Under the pieces are notes generated by a model, which saw nothing but the letters and a program-made list of their open reading frames with translations, did not search any database and was not told the DNA's origin. Of a DNA stretch of 64,000 bases, positions 44,702 to 53,327 are shown piece by piece (position 1 is the first letter of the stretch; each line of letters begins with the position of its first letter). Location: the sequence record MW812342.1, one strand, 5' to 3'. The translations under genes were made by a program, and so were the position numbers.

Positions 44702-45094
44702 ATGACTTTTAGACCCGCCATTCAAACCGTTTATAAAGACGAAGCAGAAATCGCACGCCTGTCGCAATTGGCGCACGAAATGATGTTGCGTTGGAAGTGC
44801 ACCCAAATCGGTAATACCATGCTGACCCGCCTTAATTTCCTGCTGCGTATGGAGCCGGTGATTGAAGCTGCCAACATCACACCGAAGTACCTTCGACCGT
44901 CTTTGTTCCGTGAAGTCAAAATGTTGACCCATGTTGGTGTCGATGTGCGGAAAGTCTGGCCTGCTATGATGAACCCGCAGAAATGCGAACAAATTACGTC
45001 AACCATCAATCTTGTGTCTTGCCTTCGCCGTAGTGGAATACACCACGAAGGGTTGGAAGCCGCATTTGCTTCCTGGGTAAGGAAAAATAAATGA
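44702..45094 (+). CDS. Hypothetical protein
   Basis: 130 aa in a tightly packed operon. Confidence 0.55.
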   Translation: MTFRPAIQTVYKDEAEIARLSQLAHEMMLRWKCTQIGNTMLTRLNFLLRMEPVIEAANITPKYLRPSLFREVKMLTHVGVDVRKVWPAMMNPQKCEQITSTINLVSCLRRSGIHHEGLEAAFASWVRKNK

Positions 45095-45339
45095 CCAAAG
45101 TTATACCGGAGCACGTCTCCGAAGCTTTAAAAGAGTTGTCGGGTGTTCACCGACCACTCATCAGTGTGTGCAGTGAATACGAACGCATCTATCTGCATTC
45201 GACATTAGCCATTGCACTGCGGTGGTACGAGAAAGACCTTCGTCCGGTAGAGGAGGGCTATAAACGTACCTTCTACTACACCCGTAAAGAAGAGTTCCCA
45301 CACACGGTCGTCTTTACGCACGACGATGAGGTTATCTAA
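45091..45339 (+). CDS. Hypothetical protein
   Basis: 82 aa; ATGA-type overlap; SD AAGGA. Confidence 0.55.
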   Translation: MTKVIPEHVSEALKELSGVHRPLISVCSEYERIYLHSTLAIALRWYEKDLRPVEEGYKRTFYYTRKEEFPHTVVFTHDDEVI

Positions 45340-45589
45340 CATGGTACAGTTTCACGGTGATGGTTTTGTTGAGGTTCCGCGTCGTTGGAACCCGAAATCT
45401 ATGGCAGCCCTGTGCGTGGCAAGCGCATTGAAGTGGCCGCAGACCTTGCGTACAGAAGCGGAGTTCATTGCGGTTCATCCACAGACTGGCGGTGATTCTG
45501 TGTTGCGTCCGGCGATGGCGGCTGCAATCGTGGCGCATGTTGAGAAAGGTGTACAGAGCGCGTGGTCACATGCTCGTCTTTCGCGATGA
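45326..45589 (+). CDS. Hypothetical protein
   Basis: 87 aa overlapping both neighbours; the start may be the internal ATG (MVQF). Confidence 0.45.
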   Translation: MRLSNMVQFHGDGFVEVPRRWNPKSMAALCVASALKWPQTLRTEAEFIAVHPQTGGDSVLRPAMAAAIVAHVEKGVQSAWSHARLSR

Positions 45590-46055
45590 ACGTCATGTAG
45601 ACGGCGACTTGTTTAATGCCCCGGAGACCTATAAGGTCATCACGATAAACTGTGTCGGGGCAATGGGCAAGGGTATTGCTTTGGCATGCCGTGAACGTTA
45701 CCCCGATTTGTATGAAAACTATCGCGCGCGTTGCCGTGCCGGTGAAATCACCATCGGGCATGTCTACCTCTACGAAGAGGAGAAAATTATTCTGCTGCCA
45801 ACCAAGACCCATTTTAAGATGCGGTCTGAGTTGTCATTTGTCACAACGGGGATTGATGCGTTAGCCGACCTCGGACGTGACTTAAACGATTCCATTGCGA
45901 TCCCTCCGTTAGGGATGGTCAATGGGTGGATGAAATGGAAAGAACGTGTAGAGGTGTATCACCACCTGTACAACCGGCTACAACCTGGAGAAACGAACTA
46001 TCGCGTATACTTGCCTTTAGCATTAATCACAGAGGCAAAGAAAGCCTTAATCTAA
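45570..46055 (+). CDS. Macrodomain protein, DarG/TARG1-like ADP-ribosyl hydrolase
   Basis: GDLF..., NCVGAMGKGIAL...YP..Y..Y...C, IILLPTK.HF...S, SIAIPPLG..NG...W; the catalytic-position Lys of the PTK motif is retained. Confidence 0.82.
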   Translation: MLVFRDERHVDGDLFNAPETYKVITINCVGAMGKGIALACRERYPDLYENYRARCRAGEITIGHVYLYEEEKIILLPTKTHFKMRSELSFVTTGIDALADLGRDLNDSIAIPPLGMVNGWMKWKERVEVYHHLYNRLQPGETNYRVYLPLALITEAKKALI

Positions 46056-46058
46056 ACT

Positions 46059-46085
46059 TTCTTAAATAGATATTATCACATGGGC
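46059..46085 (+). promoter_or_regulatory. Early promoter variant
   Basis: TTCTTAAATAGATATTATCACATGGG aligns with the 33720/36710 motif and sits directly after a stop codon. Confidence 0.5.
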
Positions 46086-46170
46086 ACGTACCAAGGAGTC
46101 ATTGCTGTCCGCGCCGTTATTCATGTCGAGTAACGGAAAAGTATAAAGAACACCAACGGAGTATACGACG

Positions 46171-46935
46171 ATGTTACGTTTCATTCTTATTTGTTTGGCG
46201 ACAATGCTGTCGTTTAACGCAGCTGCCATCACTTCGAGTCCAAAGAAGGACTACGCAACAGAGTTCAAGATGATTGAGGGCCGGTTTGAAAAGGTTCGCC
46301 CCCTCATCGTGAAAATCAGTAATGAACAAGGCGTGCACAGCGGCCTTATGACCACGCTGATTTATAAGGAATCCACGTTCAACCGCATGGCGGTGAATAA
46401 ACAAGGCAGTACGGCAAAAGGGCTCGTCGGTATGACTGACCCCACCAAGCGAGCGATGCTCAAAATGTACGGTAAGCAGCTTGGCCTTGCCCGCAACGCA
46501 GACATTCATAATTCGCGCGTGGCCATTAAATTAGCCTCGGCCTATCTTAACCATGTCGAAAACGCCATGACCAAACGCTTGAAGCGTCCTGTGTCTAACG
46601 GAGAAATATATCTGGGCTACAAATTTGGCCCTGCGGGTGCTATCGCTATGCTCAAGAAGAAACCGTCTAAAGCGGCTCGTGAGCTTCGCTCCTATAAACG
46701 GGATGCGGCCTTTTATGGCGCGTTGGTTAAGCCTATCGATGCATCTGAACCCGAAAAACAAACCGCCGCCGTCAAACCCGACGACAGCGAGAAAGTTGCC
46801 GAACTCCAAGAGATTTGGCACACCCTGTACGGCACATACGCGCCGGTAACACGCACCACGTTACTGGCCTCTACCTTGACTATAGGAGCACCGCTTGAAC
46901 ATCGTCCAACAACCATGGTATCCCGCTTTATGTAA
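46171..46935 (+). CDS. Lytic transglycosylase (SLT family) with an N-terminal signal peptide
   Basis: Signal MLRFILICLATMLSFNAAA; IYKESTFN (catalytic Glu), S.AKGL..M, AYL, Y.GY.FGP.GA, as in phiKZ-type SLT domains. Confidence 0.8.
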   Translation: MLRFILICLATMLSFNAAAITSSPKKDYATEFKMIEGRFEKVRPLIVKISNEQGVHSGLMTTLIYKESTFNRMAVNKQGSTAKGLVGMTDPTKRAMLKMYGKQLGLARNADIHNSRVAIKLASAYLNHVENAMTKRLKRPVSNGEIYLGYKFGPAGAIAMLKKKPSKAARELRSYKRDAAFYGALVKPIDASEPEKQTAAVKPDDSEKVAELQEIWHTLYGTYAPVTRTTLLASTLTIGAPLEHRPTTMVSRFM

Positions 46936-47407
46936 AGCGGCACAATTGACAGCCGGTGACATTCTGTCAATTGCGTTAGGGGCTGACACCACTGACCCTG
47001 AAAAACCATTTACCCGAGAAGAGTTCTCGGAGCGCCACAACTTCTGGGATGCGTTTGAAACTGCGTTCGGTGATACCGAAGATGCAGAATTCGATTGGAA
47101 CGCAAACCAAGCGGTCATGTGGATATGTGGCATGCGCCCGTATGTTGACGAAACCGAAGTCGGTCATGTCCTGACGTGGCGACAGAACCAACCGTACAAT
47201 CGCGACCTGAGCTTCACCGAAGCGTACATGGAAGCGTCTGTTGCGTTGCAGAACATTTTCTGGGGCGAGTCAGCGTACGTTCAACGTTCGTTCCTGACCA
47301 TTCTGGAAAAGCTCAAGCAGACGCACAAAATCTGGCGCAGTGAAACGGCCCCAGAGCATCTGTTTGTGCTGGAGTACCAAGTGGTACCTAACCAGCCGTT
47401 AGTGTAA
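46895..47407 (+). CDS. Hypothetical protein
   Basis: 170 aa; TTG start with SD AGGAG; overlaps the SLT 3' end. Confidence 0.55.
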   Translation: MNIVQQPWYPALCKAAQLTAGDILSIALGADTTDPEKPFTREEFSERHNFWDAFETAFGDTEDAEFDWNANQAVMWICGMRPYVDETEVGHVLTWRQNQPYNRDLSFTEAYMEASVALQNIFWGESAYVQRSFLTILEKLKQTHKIWRSETAPEHLFVLEYQVVPNQPLV

Positions 47408-47410
47408 CCG

Positions 47411-47450
47411 AAAACACCAGACCTTTCGGGGTCTGGTTGTTTTAATTTAT
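47411..47450 (+). terminator. Intrinsic terminator
   Basis: ACCAGACC-TTTCG-GGTCTGGT-type stem followed by a T-rich run. Confidence 0.7.
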
Positions 47451-47475
47451 TTTGCCCCCTACAAGGAGAATCTTT

Positions 47476-47964
47476 ATGTTTGCACGTTATCAACGTTGGG
47501 GACACAACGATCCCTATGCCTACTTCATGTTAAACGCGCTGGTCGTCTGCACCCTCTTTTACGCTTACGGGGTCTTCGTGCTTAACCAAGACCCGGCCGG
47601 GGCATTCTTGTTTGTCTATATCGGCATGTGGGTCTTCTGTTGCAGTATCATGGCCATCCTCTATCGACTGACCATGATAGATCATTGGGTAGAGCAGTCA
47701 GGCTACACCCTTGAAGAATTGGGTTGGCTACAATTGCTTGCAGTGGAAGAAGTGCGTGGGTTATACAAGACTGCCGATTGGACAGACTTGAGAAACGCAG
47801 CGAAACGGATTCATCGGGAGTTGCCAAACTTTGACATGGACTACGCGATCATGGCTATTGTCTGGGCACAAAGCAAACGAAATAGACCGGTTAAGGTCTG
47901 TGAGGATGCTACGGATTACATTTCGTTCAACCCGAAGTTATGGCACATCATCAATTACATTTAA
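47476..47964 (+). CDS. Two-TM membrane protein
   Basis: ATG 47476 with SD AAGGAG; two hydrophobic helices. Confidence 0.62.
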   Translation: MFARYQRWGHNDPYAYFMLNALVVCTLFYAYGVFVLNQDPAGAFLFVYIGMWVFCCSIMAILYRLTMIDHWVEQSGYTLEELGWLQLLAVEEVRGLYKTADWTDLRNAAKRIHRELPNFDMDYAIMAIVWAQSKRNRPVKVCEDATDYISFNPKLWHIINYI

Positions 47965-47977
47965 GGAAAAAATAATA

Positions 47978-48541
47978 ATGGCTAGTACATCGCTAATTAA
48001 GCTGGCGGAAATCAGAAAGCCCATCCATCCGTTCCGGTTGTACATGCTCACCCGGTGGCGCTTCATCTCCACGTACGTGGTACTGGTGGCGATGTGTTTG
48101 ATCTCCTCGGTCATTCTCTCGCTGTTGACCAACTGGAGCGCATTCGATTTACTGGTGTTTGAATCCTTCGCCATTCCGGTGCTTCTCACCCTCAGTGTCA
48201 CGGGGTACCTGAAACGTCGTTGGATACAGAAATCCACACTGACCACGGACGATGTTTACGAACTGGTCGCTTACGGAAAATGGCTAATCCGTAAGTACGG
48301 TAAGCGGATGGAGTGGCCGACAATCTGCGCGGCAGCTTCTAACCCTGAACCGAAAGTCGGTTCGCAGGCGGGGTATTCAAGCCCGCCACGTTTCGACCGT
48401 GATTATCCACAAGAGGCTGTGCTGGGCGGCATTCTCTGCGCCATGGTAAAAGAAGGCGGTTGGGATTCCTTGCCACAGGAAGCCATCAATGCCATGTTCT
48501 ATTACCCGGACATCTACAAACCGTTCTACGGTCACTATTAA
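47978..48541 (+). CDS. Two-TM membrane protein (paralog of 47476)
   Basis: ATG 47978 with SD AAGGA; TM pair followed by WI.KS.LT.DD and W.TI.AAA. Confidence 0.62.
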   Translation: MASTSLIKLAEIRKPIHPFRLYMLTRWRFISTYVVLVAMCLISSVILSLLTNWSAFDLLVFESFAIPVLLTLSVTGYLKRRWIQKSTLTTDDVYELVAYGKWLIRKYGKRMEWPTICAAASNPEPKVGSQAGYSSPPRFDRDYPQEAVLGGILCAMVKEGGWDSLPQEAINAMFYYPDIYKPFYGHY

Positions 48542-48593
48542 TTTTACGTAATCCACCCTTTTAATGACTATCTAAAACACAAGGAATAACAAC

Positions 48594-49475
48594 ATGTTTC
48601 ATGCTTCCGTAATCAAAGCCCTCGTTGCTCGTATCCAGTCACGCGACTTCTCTTACCCACTGAATGCGCTGAATGCCCTCAGTAACCTGATCGTTATGCG
48701 TAACGCGGGCCTGAATACCGTTACGGGTTCTGAACTCGATGCGCTGCTCGGTTGTGAACTGGAAAAAGTGTTCCCGCTACCCGCGATCCAGATTGTCGTC
48801 GATGGTGTTGAAAACACCGTGACCATCAACGGTCACAAGTTCCACACGCCGGAAGAAGAAGCGGCGAAGCTGACATGGCGTCCGCATCCGGCATGGGGTG
48901 TCGTGGTTAAAGACGAGGCCGGTGTCTACCAGCTCATCGCGTCTGCCGATCCGTACCGTATTCCTCGCGGTGAAATGTCCATTCCGTTTGATTATGCTGA
49001 GTACGCCGAATCGATCGGCGCTATCAAGCAGGACAACATGCTGATGTCTCGCGGTCAGGTTATCTGGGAAATTCGTAACTGGTCTGATGTGTCGAAGATT
49101 CTCAACTCCTGTGAATACTTCGAAATGGGTATTCAGCGTCGCCAGCGTCAGTTCGGTGAAGAAACCCCTACCCTGCTCGGTAACGAAAACGATTTGAAAA
49201 CCACCTTCGTTGATACCTCTCTGCTGGAAGAACGTGGTCTGGAAATCGGGGTGTATGGTAACTCTGTGCTGGAACTGGTTGACCGTCTGATTAAAGTCGA
49301 AGGCGAAACCGTGAAGGTGGACATCGACGAAGAACAAATGGCCATCGTCGCGAAGATTCACAAAGAGCTGGGTATCGATGCAATTGTCGAACAGCTCAAG
49401 CAAGTCCCGGCCAAGAAGCGTACCCGCAAAGAAGTACGCGGTATCATGGCTGCCTTCCTCGCGCAAGACAAATAA
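48594..49475 (+). CDS. Hypothetical protein
   Basis: 293 aa, SD AAGGA. Confidence 0.7.
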   Translation: MFHASVIKALVARIQSRDFSYPLNALNALSNLIVMRNAGLNTVTGSELDALLGCELEKVFPLPAIQIVVDGVENTVTINGHKFHTPEEEAAKLTWRPHPAWGVVVKDEAGVYQLIASADPYRIPRGEMSIPFDYAEYAESIGAIKQDNMLMSRGQVIWEIRNWSDVSKILNSCEYFEMGIQRRQRQFGEETPTLLGNENDLKTTFVDTSLLEERGLEIGVYGNSVLELVDRLIKVEGETVKVDIDEEQMAIVAKIHKELGIDAIVEQLKQVPAKKRTRKEVRGIMAAFLAQDK

Positions 49476-49520
49476 ATAAAAAGCCTACCTACCCCATCGG
49501 GGTAGGTAGCTTTATTTTTT
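49476..49520. terminator. Bidirectional terminator (near-identical to 59511)
   Basis: ATAAAAAGCCTACCTACCCCATCGGGGTAGGTAGCTTTATTTTTT. Confidence 0.85.
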
Positions 49521-50137
49521 TAATTTGTTAAGCCCGCGTCTTTGATGATTTTCAACATGTTGTCGTTCATCACCTGCAACTCATTCGCGCGCTGGAGCGC
49601 TGCTGCCAACTGCTCAGTCAGCGGTGCCGTTTGCCGAATTGTGGCTTTGCGGCGTGCTTCCATCTTGATATGGTCTTCCTCGGTGACAGTCCCCTCGTAC
49701 TGCATGACGGTCAACTCACCGGTGGTTTCCACACCCACTTGCGATTTAATCAGCGCGACGATATCGTCGTTCAGTTTACTCGCATCCACATAACTCGGTG
49801 TCAACCCCAAATCAAACACATACACATTACGGGTATACGCAATGGAGTTCTGTCCGGGGTAATCTGCCAAGAACGTGTTAGGCACATAACGGACTTCTCC
49901 GTCGGTCGATTTGAACGTTAAGATTGCAGCCTTAACGTCCGCGTCATCGAGGTAGTCCTGCCGCGATAACCCTTTTGGTTCGTAATACTTGAGATAAACA
50001 TCCTCACCGTCGCGAACCAGTTCGGGAAACGTACGGATGGCCTCCAGTTTGAAGACCACGTTGTTCGGAAACTCGTAGGGGTTATTCGCAGTGAACAACC
50101 CGGCTAAGTTTACCTCTGGCGTCAAAGGTATCCGCAT
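49520..50137 (-). CDS. Putative virion structural protein
   Basis: 205 aa; late-oriented operon with the 50148 gene; resembles conserved phiKZ-like structural genes that lie near RNase H. Confidence 0.55.
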   Translation of the reverse strand: MRIPLTPEVNLAGLFTANNPYEFPNNVVFKLEAIRTFPELVRDGEDVYLKYYEPKGLSRQDYLDDADVKAAILTFKSTDGEVRYVPNTFLADYPGQNSIAYTRNVYVFDLGLTPSYVDASKLNDDIVALIKSQVGVETTGELTVMQYEGTVTEEDHIKMEARRKATIRQTAPLTEQLAAALQRANELQVMNDNMLKIIKDAGLTN

Positions 50138-50147
50138 TTACGACTCC

Positions 50148-51506
50148 TTATTGCCAAACAGCGCTACGTGCCAGAACACGGAACTCCACGTTATCGAACT
50201 CAAAGACCCAGAAGGTTAACCCATCGTGATCTTCGTCTTCCATTTTCACCACGTTCAGGGATGAGTTATATGGATGGTACTCCTCGGCCGCAATAAGTGC
50301 TTCGAGGTATAAGCTCAACCATTCGGTGGTCGGTTTTGATACGCGGGAGATATCCGGGTTGCTGCTACCAATCAATGCGTAGTCTGGAATGATGTCCATC
50401 AAGGACGCTTTCTTCTTATCATTCTCAGGGCCAGCGATTGCGATAGCATTGAGCGACTTATAAATGCTCGGCAGGTCAGAAACTTCCGTGGTCGGCAACG
50501 GGATAGTGCCGTTATTTTTCTCAGCAGCGGTGAGCGCACGCCATTCGCCGAATTTGGAAATGGCTTTTACCTGGAGATCATATGGGAACAGGGGCAAATA
50601 TAATGCCGCGACGTCTTCTTGGTTTGGAATCCCTCGGATAGACCAACCGGGAATGATGGTGAATTTGGTTGTGGTGAAAATCTCCGGGAAGACCGGCACC
50701 CAATCCTTATTTCCATAATCCGAGTTCGCCAGAATGTAATCACGCAGTGCTTGTTTCTGGCGAGTTGGGTTCAAACCTGCCCGACCGTAGATTATGAGGG
50801 TCATTGGAATGACCAACGTAGCCTCATAGTCCTCGCGATCGTGCCAGGTGTAGTTGTGCGTTAAACGCGCCGTAAATGGATAACCGTCAGCGAGCACGTT
50901 GACTTTATCATCGTGGTCGGGTAAGTTGAAAGATTCCATCGCTTTTGCGACAACCGTTTTGACAGCTTGGAAAGTGTCAACCGGCATGATGGGCATCTGC
51001 ACTTCAATTTCCCAGCCAAGATAGTCTTGATCAAAATCAGCGTCTGAGAACCAAACCATAATTTGGTTATCAACATCGGATGGACTTTCTACTTTGTCCG
51101 CCGTGGTTTCGAATTTCCAGCTCACCCAGCGTGGGAACCAGTTACCGTTTGCCTGAATCATGGCACCCGTCTGCACATTGCTGATTGTGGTTTGGAATTG
51201 TCCCACTAACAAACGCTGAAACTCTGACTCGTCATTTTTCGTGTTGCCCAGAATCGCTTGGTTATAAATCCACTGGGTCAGTCCGAGGACGTGGTCAGTA
51301 AAGAGTGCCGGTACCTTTATCTTCGTCTCATCGCGAAGATACGTGAACGCCACTAATTCAACCTGAAGGTTAGCCTTAGCGAATTTTTGTTTGTTCTTCG
51401 CAAAAGACCAACTTTGATCGGATAACTCACCTACTGGAGCAACTGCACCTTCAGGAGCGTTATCGATTAGTGCCGGTATTTCGATGAAGCCTTGTAAATT
51501 GAACAT
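50148..51506 (-). CDS. Putative virion structural protein
   Basis: The likely start is ATG 51506 (MFNLQGFIEIP), about 452 aa; upstream in-frame starts overlap the divergent gene. Confidence 0.55.
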   Translation of the reverse strand: MFNLQGFIEIPALIDNAPEGAVAPVGELSDQSWSFAKNKQKFAKANLQVELVAFTYLRDETKIKVPALFTDHVLGLTQWIYNQAILGNTKNDESEFQRLLVGQFQTTISNVQTGAMIQANGNWFPRWVSWKFETTADKVESPSDVDNQIMVWFSDADFDQDYLGWEIEVQMPIMPVDTFQAVKTVVAKAMESFNLPDHDDKVNVLADGYPFTARLTHNYTWHDREDYEATLVIPMTLIIYGRAGLNPTRQKQALRDYILANSDYGNKDWVPVFPEIFTTTKFTIIPGWSIRGIPNQEDVAALYLPLFPYDLQVKAISKFGEWRALTAAEKNNGTIPLPTTEVSDLPSIYKSLNAIAIAGPENDKKKASLMDIIPDYALIGSSNPDISRVSKPTTEWLSLYLEALIAAEEYHPYNSSLNVVKMEDEDHDGLTFWVFEFDNVEFRVLARSAVWQ

Positions 51507-51528
51507 AAAAATAAACTCCGAGGTGAGC

Positions 51529-52017
51529 ATGATAGCTGCAATTATTAAACTGCTTCCTTTTCTCCAGTTGCTTTTAGAAGCATTCAAGCCGGGGGATGGA
51601 GAAAAGGTAACCCGAGCCAATAAAATCACAGCACTCGCAATCGTTTTACTTCTGACGTATTCACTCTTTGTGTCGTACGCCTACGTTGACCAGTTTCATA
51701 AATTGGTTCAGATTCGAGAACACGACCAGTACGTCGCTCGCCAGAACGAGGAGCGTGGAGAGACCATCAAAACGCAGGCGGATGAGTTACGGACGCTCTA
51801 CAGCCGCATTTTCGAATGCTTGAGCAATCGACCATATGATGGCGCGAAGGGCGCAGCAAGCGTCCCTCCACCTGCACCAGTAGCGGTACCTCAAACGCCG
51901 GTTCACACCGAAACCAAAACCACCGACAACAAACGCGAAGCTGCGGCGAAGCCGGTAGGTGTAGTAGATATGAGTCAGTTCCGTCAAGAACTGCTCAGGA
52001 ACCTAAACGAGGAGTGA
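51529..52017 (+). CDS. Putative inner-membrane spanin (i-spanin)
   Basis: ATG 51529 with SD GAGGTG; a TM helix followed by a coiled coil, a Cys and a Pro-rich linker; overlaps a lipoprotein gene. Confidence 0.5.
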   Translation: MIAAIIKLLPFLQLLLEAFKPGDGEKVTRANKITALAIVLLLTYSLFVSYAYVDQFHKLVQIREHDQYVARQNEERGETIKTQADELRTLYSRIFECLSNRPYDGAKGAASVPPPAPVAVPQTPVHTETKTTDNKREAAAKPVGVVDMSQFRQELLRNLNEE

Positions 52018-52484
52018 AAATGAGGGTCATGCTAATTTGCTTATCGCTGTTGCTCGCAGCGTGTAGCAGCTGGGCACCCGTCAAACCGGCCACTGTCAAT
52101 ACGGAGTGGTCGGTGCGTGAACTTGGACCGCCCCCTGTCTATCCGCAAGGGGTTGTAAGTCTGGAAGACCCGCGTTATCGGGCGTGGGTGGCAGACGTTA
52201 ATGCGTATGCGTACTACGTGTTCGTGTACGCCCGTAATCTTAACGATTACGCCAGAGTTCACGGGTGGCGGCCACCGCAGGTTGCGCCCATTTGTGAGAA
52301 GTTTGATTTGTGGGTGGTTCATCCCATACCACAACGCATTACCTTGGACGAACGTGCTCGCCGTCCTGAGGACATCTCACGCGATTTGGCAACGCAGCTC
52401 AAGCGCATCCTACTGAACTACCGTGAAGATCGTAAGTCTTTCCAAAAAGCATACGAAGCCCACCTTAGCACATGCCTTAACTAA
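52014..52484 (+). CDS. Lipoprotein, putative outer-membrane spanin (o-spanin)
   Basis: Lipobox LLAAC, Pro-rich mature N-terminus and two Cys; directly coupled to the upstream TM/coiled-coil gene. Confidence 0.55.
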   Translation: MKMRVMLICLSLLLAACSSWAPVKPATVNTEWSVRELGPPPVYPQGVVSLEDPRYRAWVADVNAYAYYVFVYARNLNDYARVHGWRPPQVAPICEKFDLWVVHPIPQRITLDERARRPEDISRDLATQLKRILLNYREDRKSFQKAYEAHLSTCLN

Positions 52485-52487
52485 ACA

Positions 52488-52527
52488 CGACACCTATTCC
52501 TTCGGGGGTAGGTGTCGCTTTATTTTT
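52488..52527 (+). terminator. Intrinsic terminator
   Basis: CGACACCTATTCC-TTCG-GGGGTAGGTGTCG followed by a T-rich run. Confidence 0.75.
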
Positions 52528-52571
52528 ACACAACCAACCCATCTAATGTATACCCACAGGAGAGTTTAATC

Positions 52572-53327
52572 ATGACCGAAGTCACCCCAACCAAACGCAC
52601 GCCGAATATCTTCGATGCACCCGATATCCATATCCCGACCATCGTTATCGGCATTGATGCCGAAACCAAGTCAACCCGTGCCGATGCGTATCCGGTTGCT
52701 ATCGGGGCAGGGGCGTGGGACATCGCCACTATGCGTCTTATCGCTACGCATTATCAAACCATCGACCCGAACGATGAGAAAGCCAAGGCCATCTTCCATG
52801 AAGATCCGTACACCATGGCATGGTGGCGTGGCGAAGGGGATAACCCTGACTACGCACCGTCGCGTGAAGCGTACGCCGAAGCCTTCTCCGGCACGATGCC
52901 GATGCCCGAAGCGCTCTGGGGGATGTACAACTTCCTTGAGAAGTTCAAATCTCACAAGGTTGCACTGACTATGCGCGGCCCAGAGTTTGACCAACCGATT
53001 CTGATGAACGCGTTTGCCCAGTGTGATGTCCCAACGAGTCTCTTAAAACGTTTCTCAATGTTGGACTCTGACCGGACGGCCGAGCGTATTATGCACGCCT
53101 TCAACCTGACGCCGGACTACCGTGCGGAGTCACACAACTGGACACGCGGGAAAGACGCTTATCTGCACCATGCCTGTTTTGATGCGGCGCGTGAAGGTTA
53201 CATTACTGCTCGTATTTATCACTTAGCGTTGATTGCACGTCTGCACGGCTTTGACCGTATGCTGGAAGCGCACAACCAACTGATGACCGGTGAATATACG
53301 GCTGTGGATTATCTGAGAGAGGAATAA
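52572..53327 (+). CDS. DEDDh 3'-5' exo(ribo)nuclease (Rv2179c/DUF5051-like)
   Basis: IGIDAET (Exo I), T..WW, G.EFD..IL (Exo II), D.RT and HHACFDA (Exo III). Confidence 0.8.
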   Translation: MTEVTPTKRTPNIFDAPDIHIPTIVIGIDAETKSTRADAYPVAIGAGAWDIATMRLIATHYQTIDPNDEKAKAIFHEDPYTMAWWRGEGDNPDYAPSREAYAEAFSGTMPMPEALWGMYNFLEKFKSHKVALTMRGPEFDQPILMNAFAQCDVPTSLLKRFSMLDSDRTAERIMHAFNLTPDYRAESHNWTRGKDAYLHHACFDAAREGYITARIYHLALIARLHGFDRMLEAHNQLMTGEYTAVDYLREE

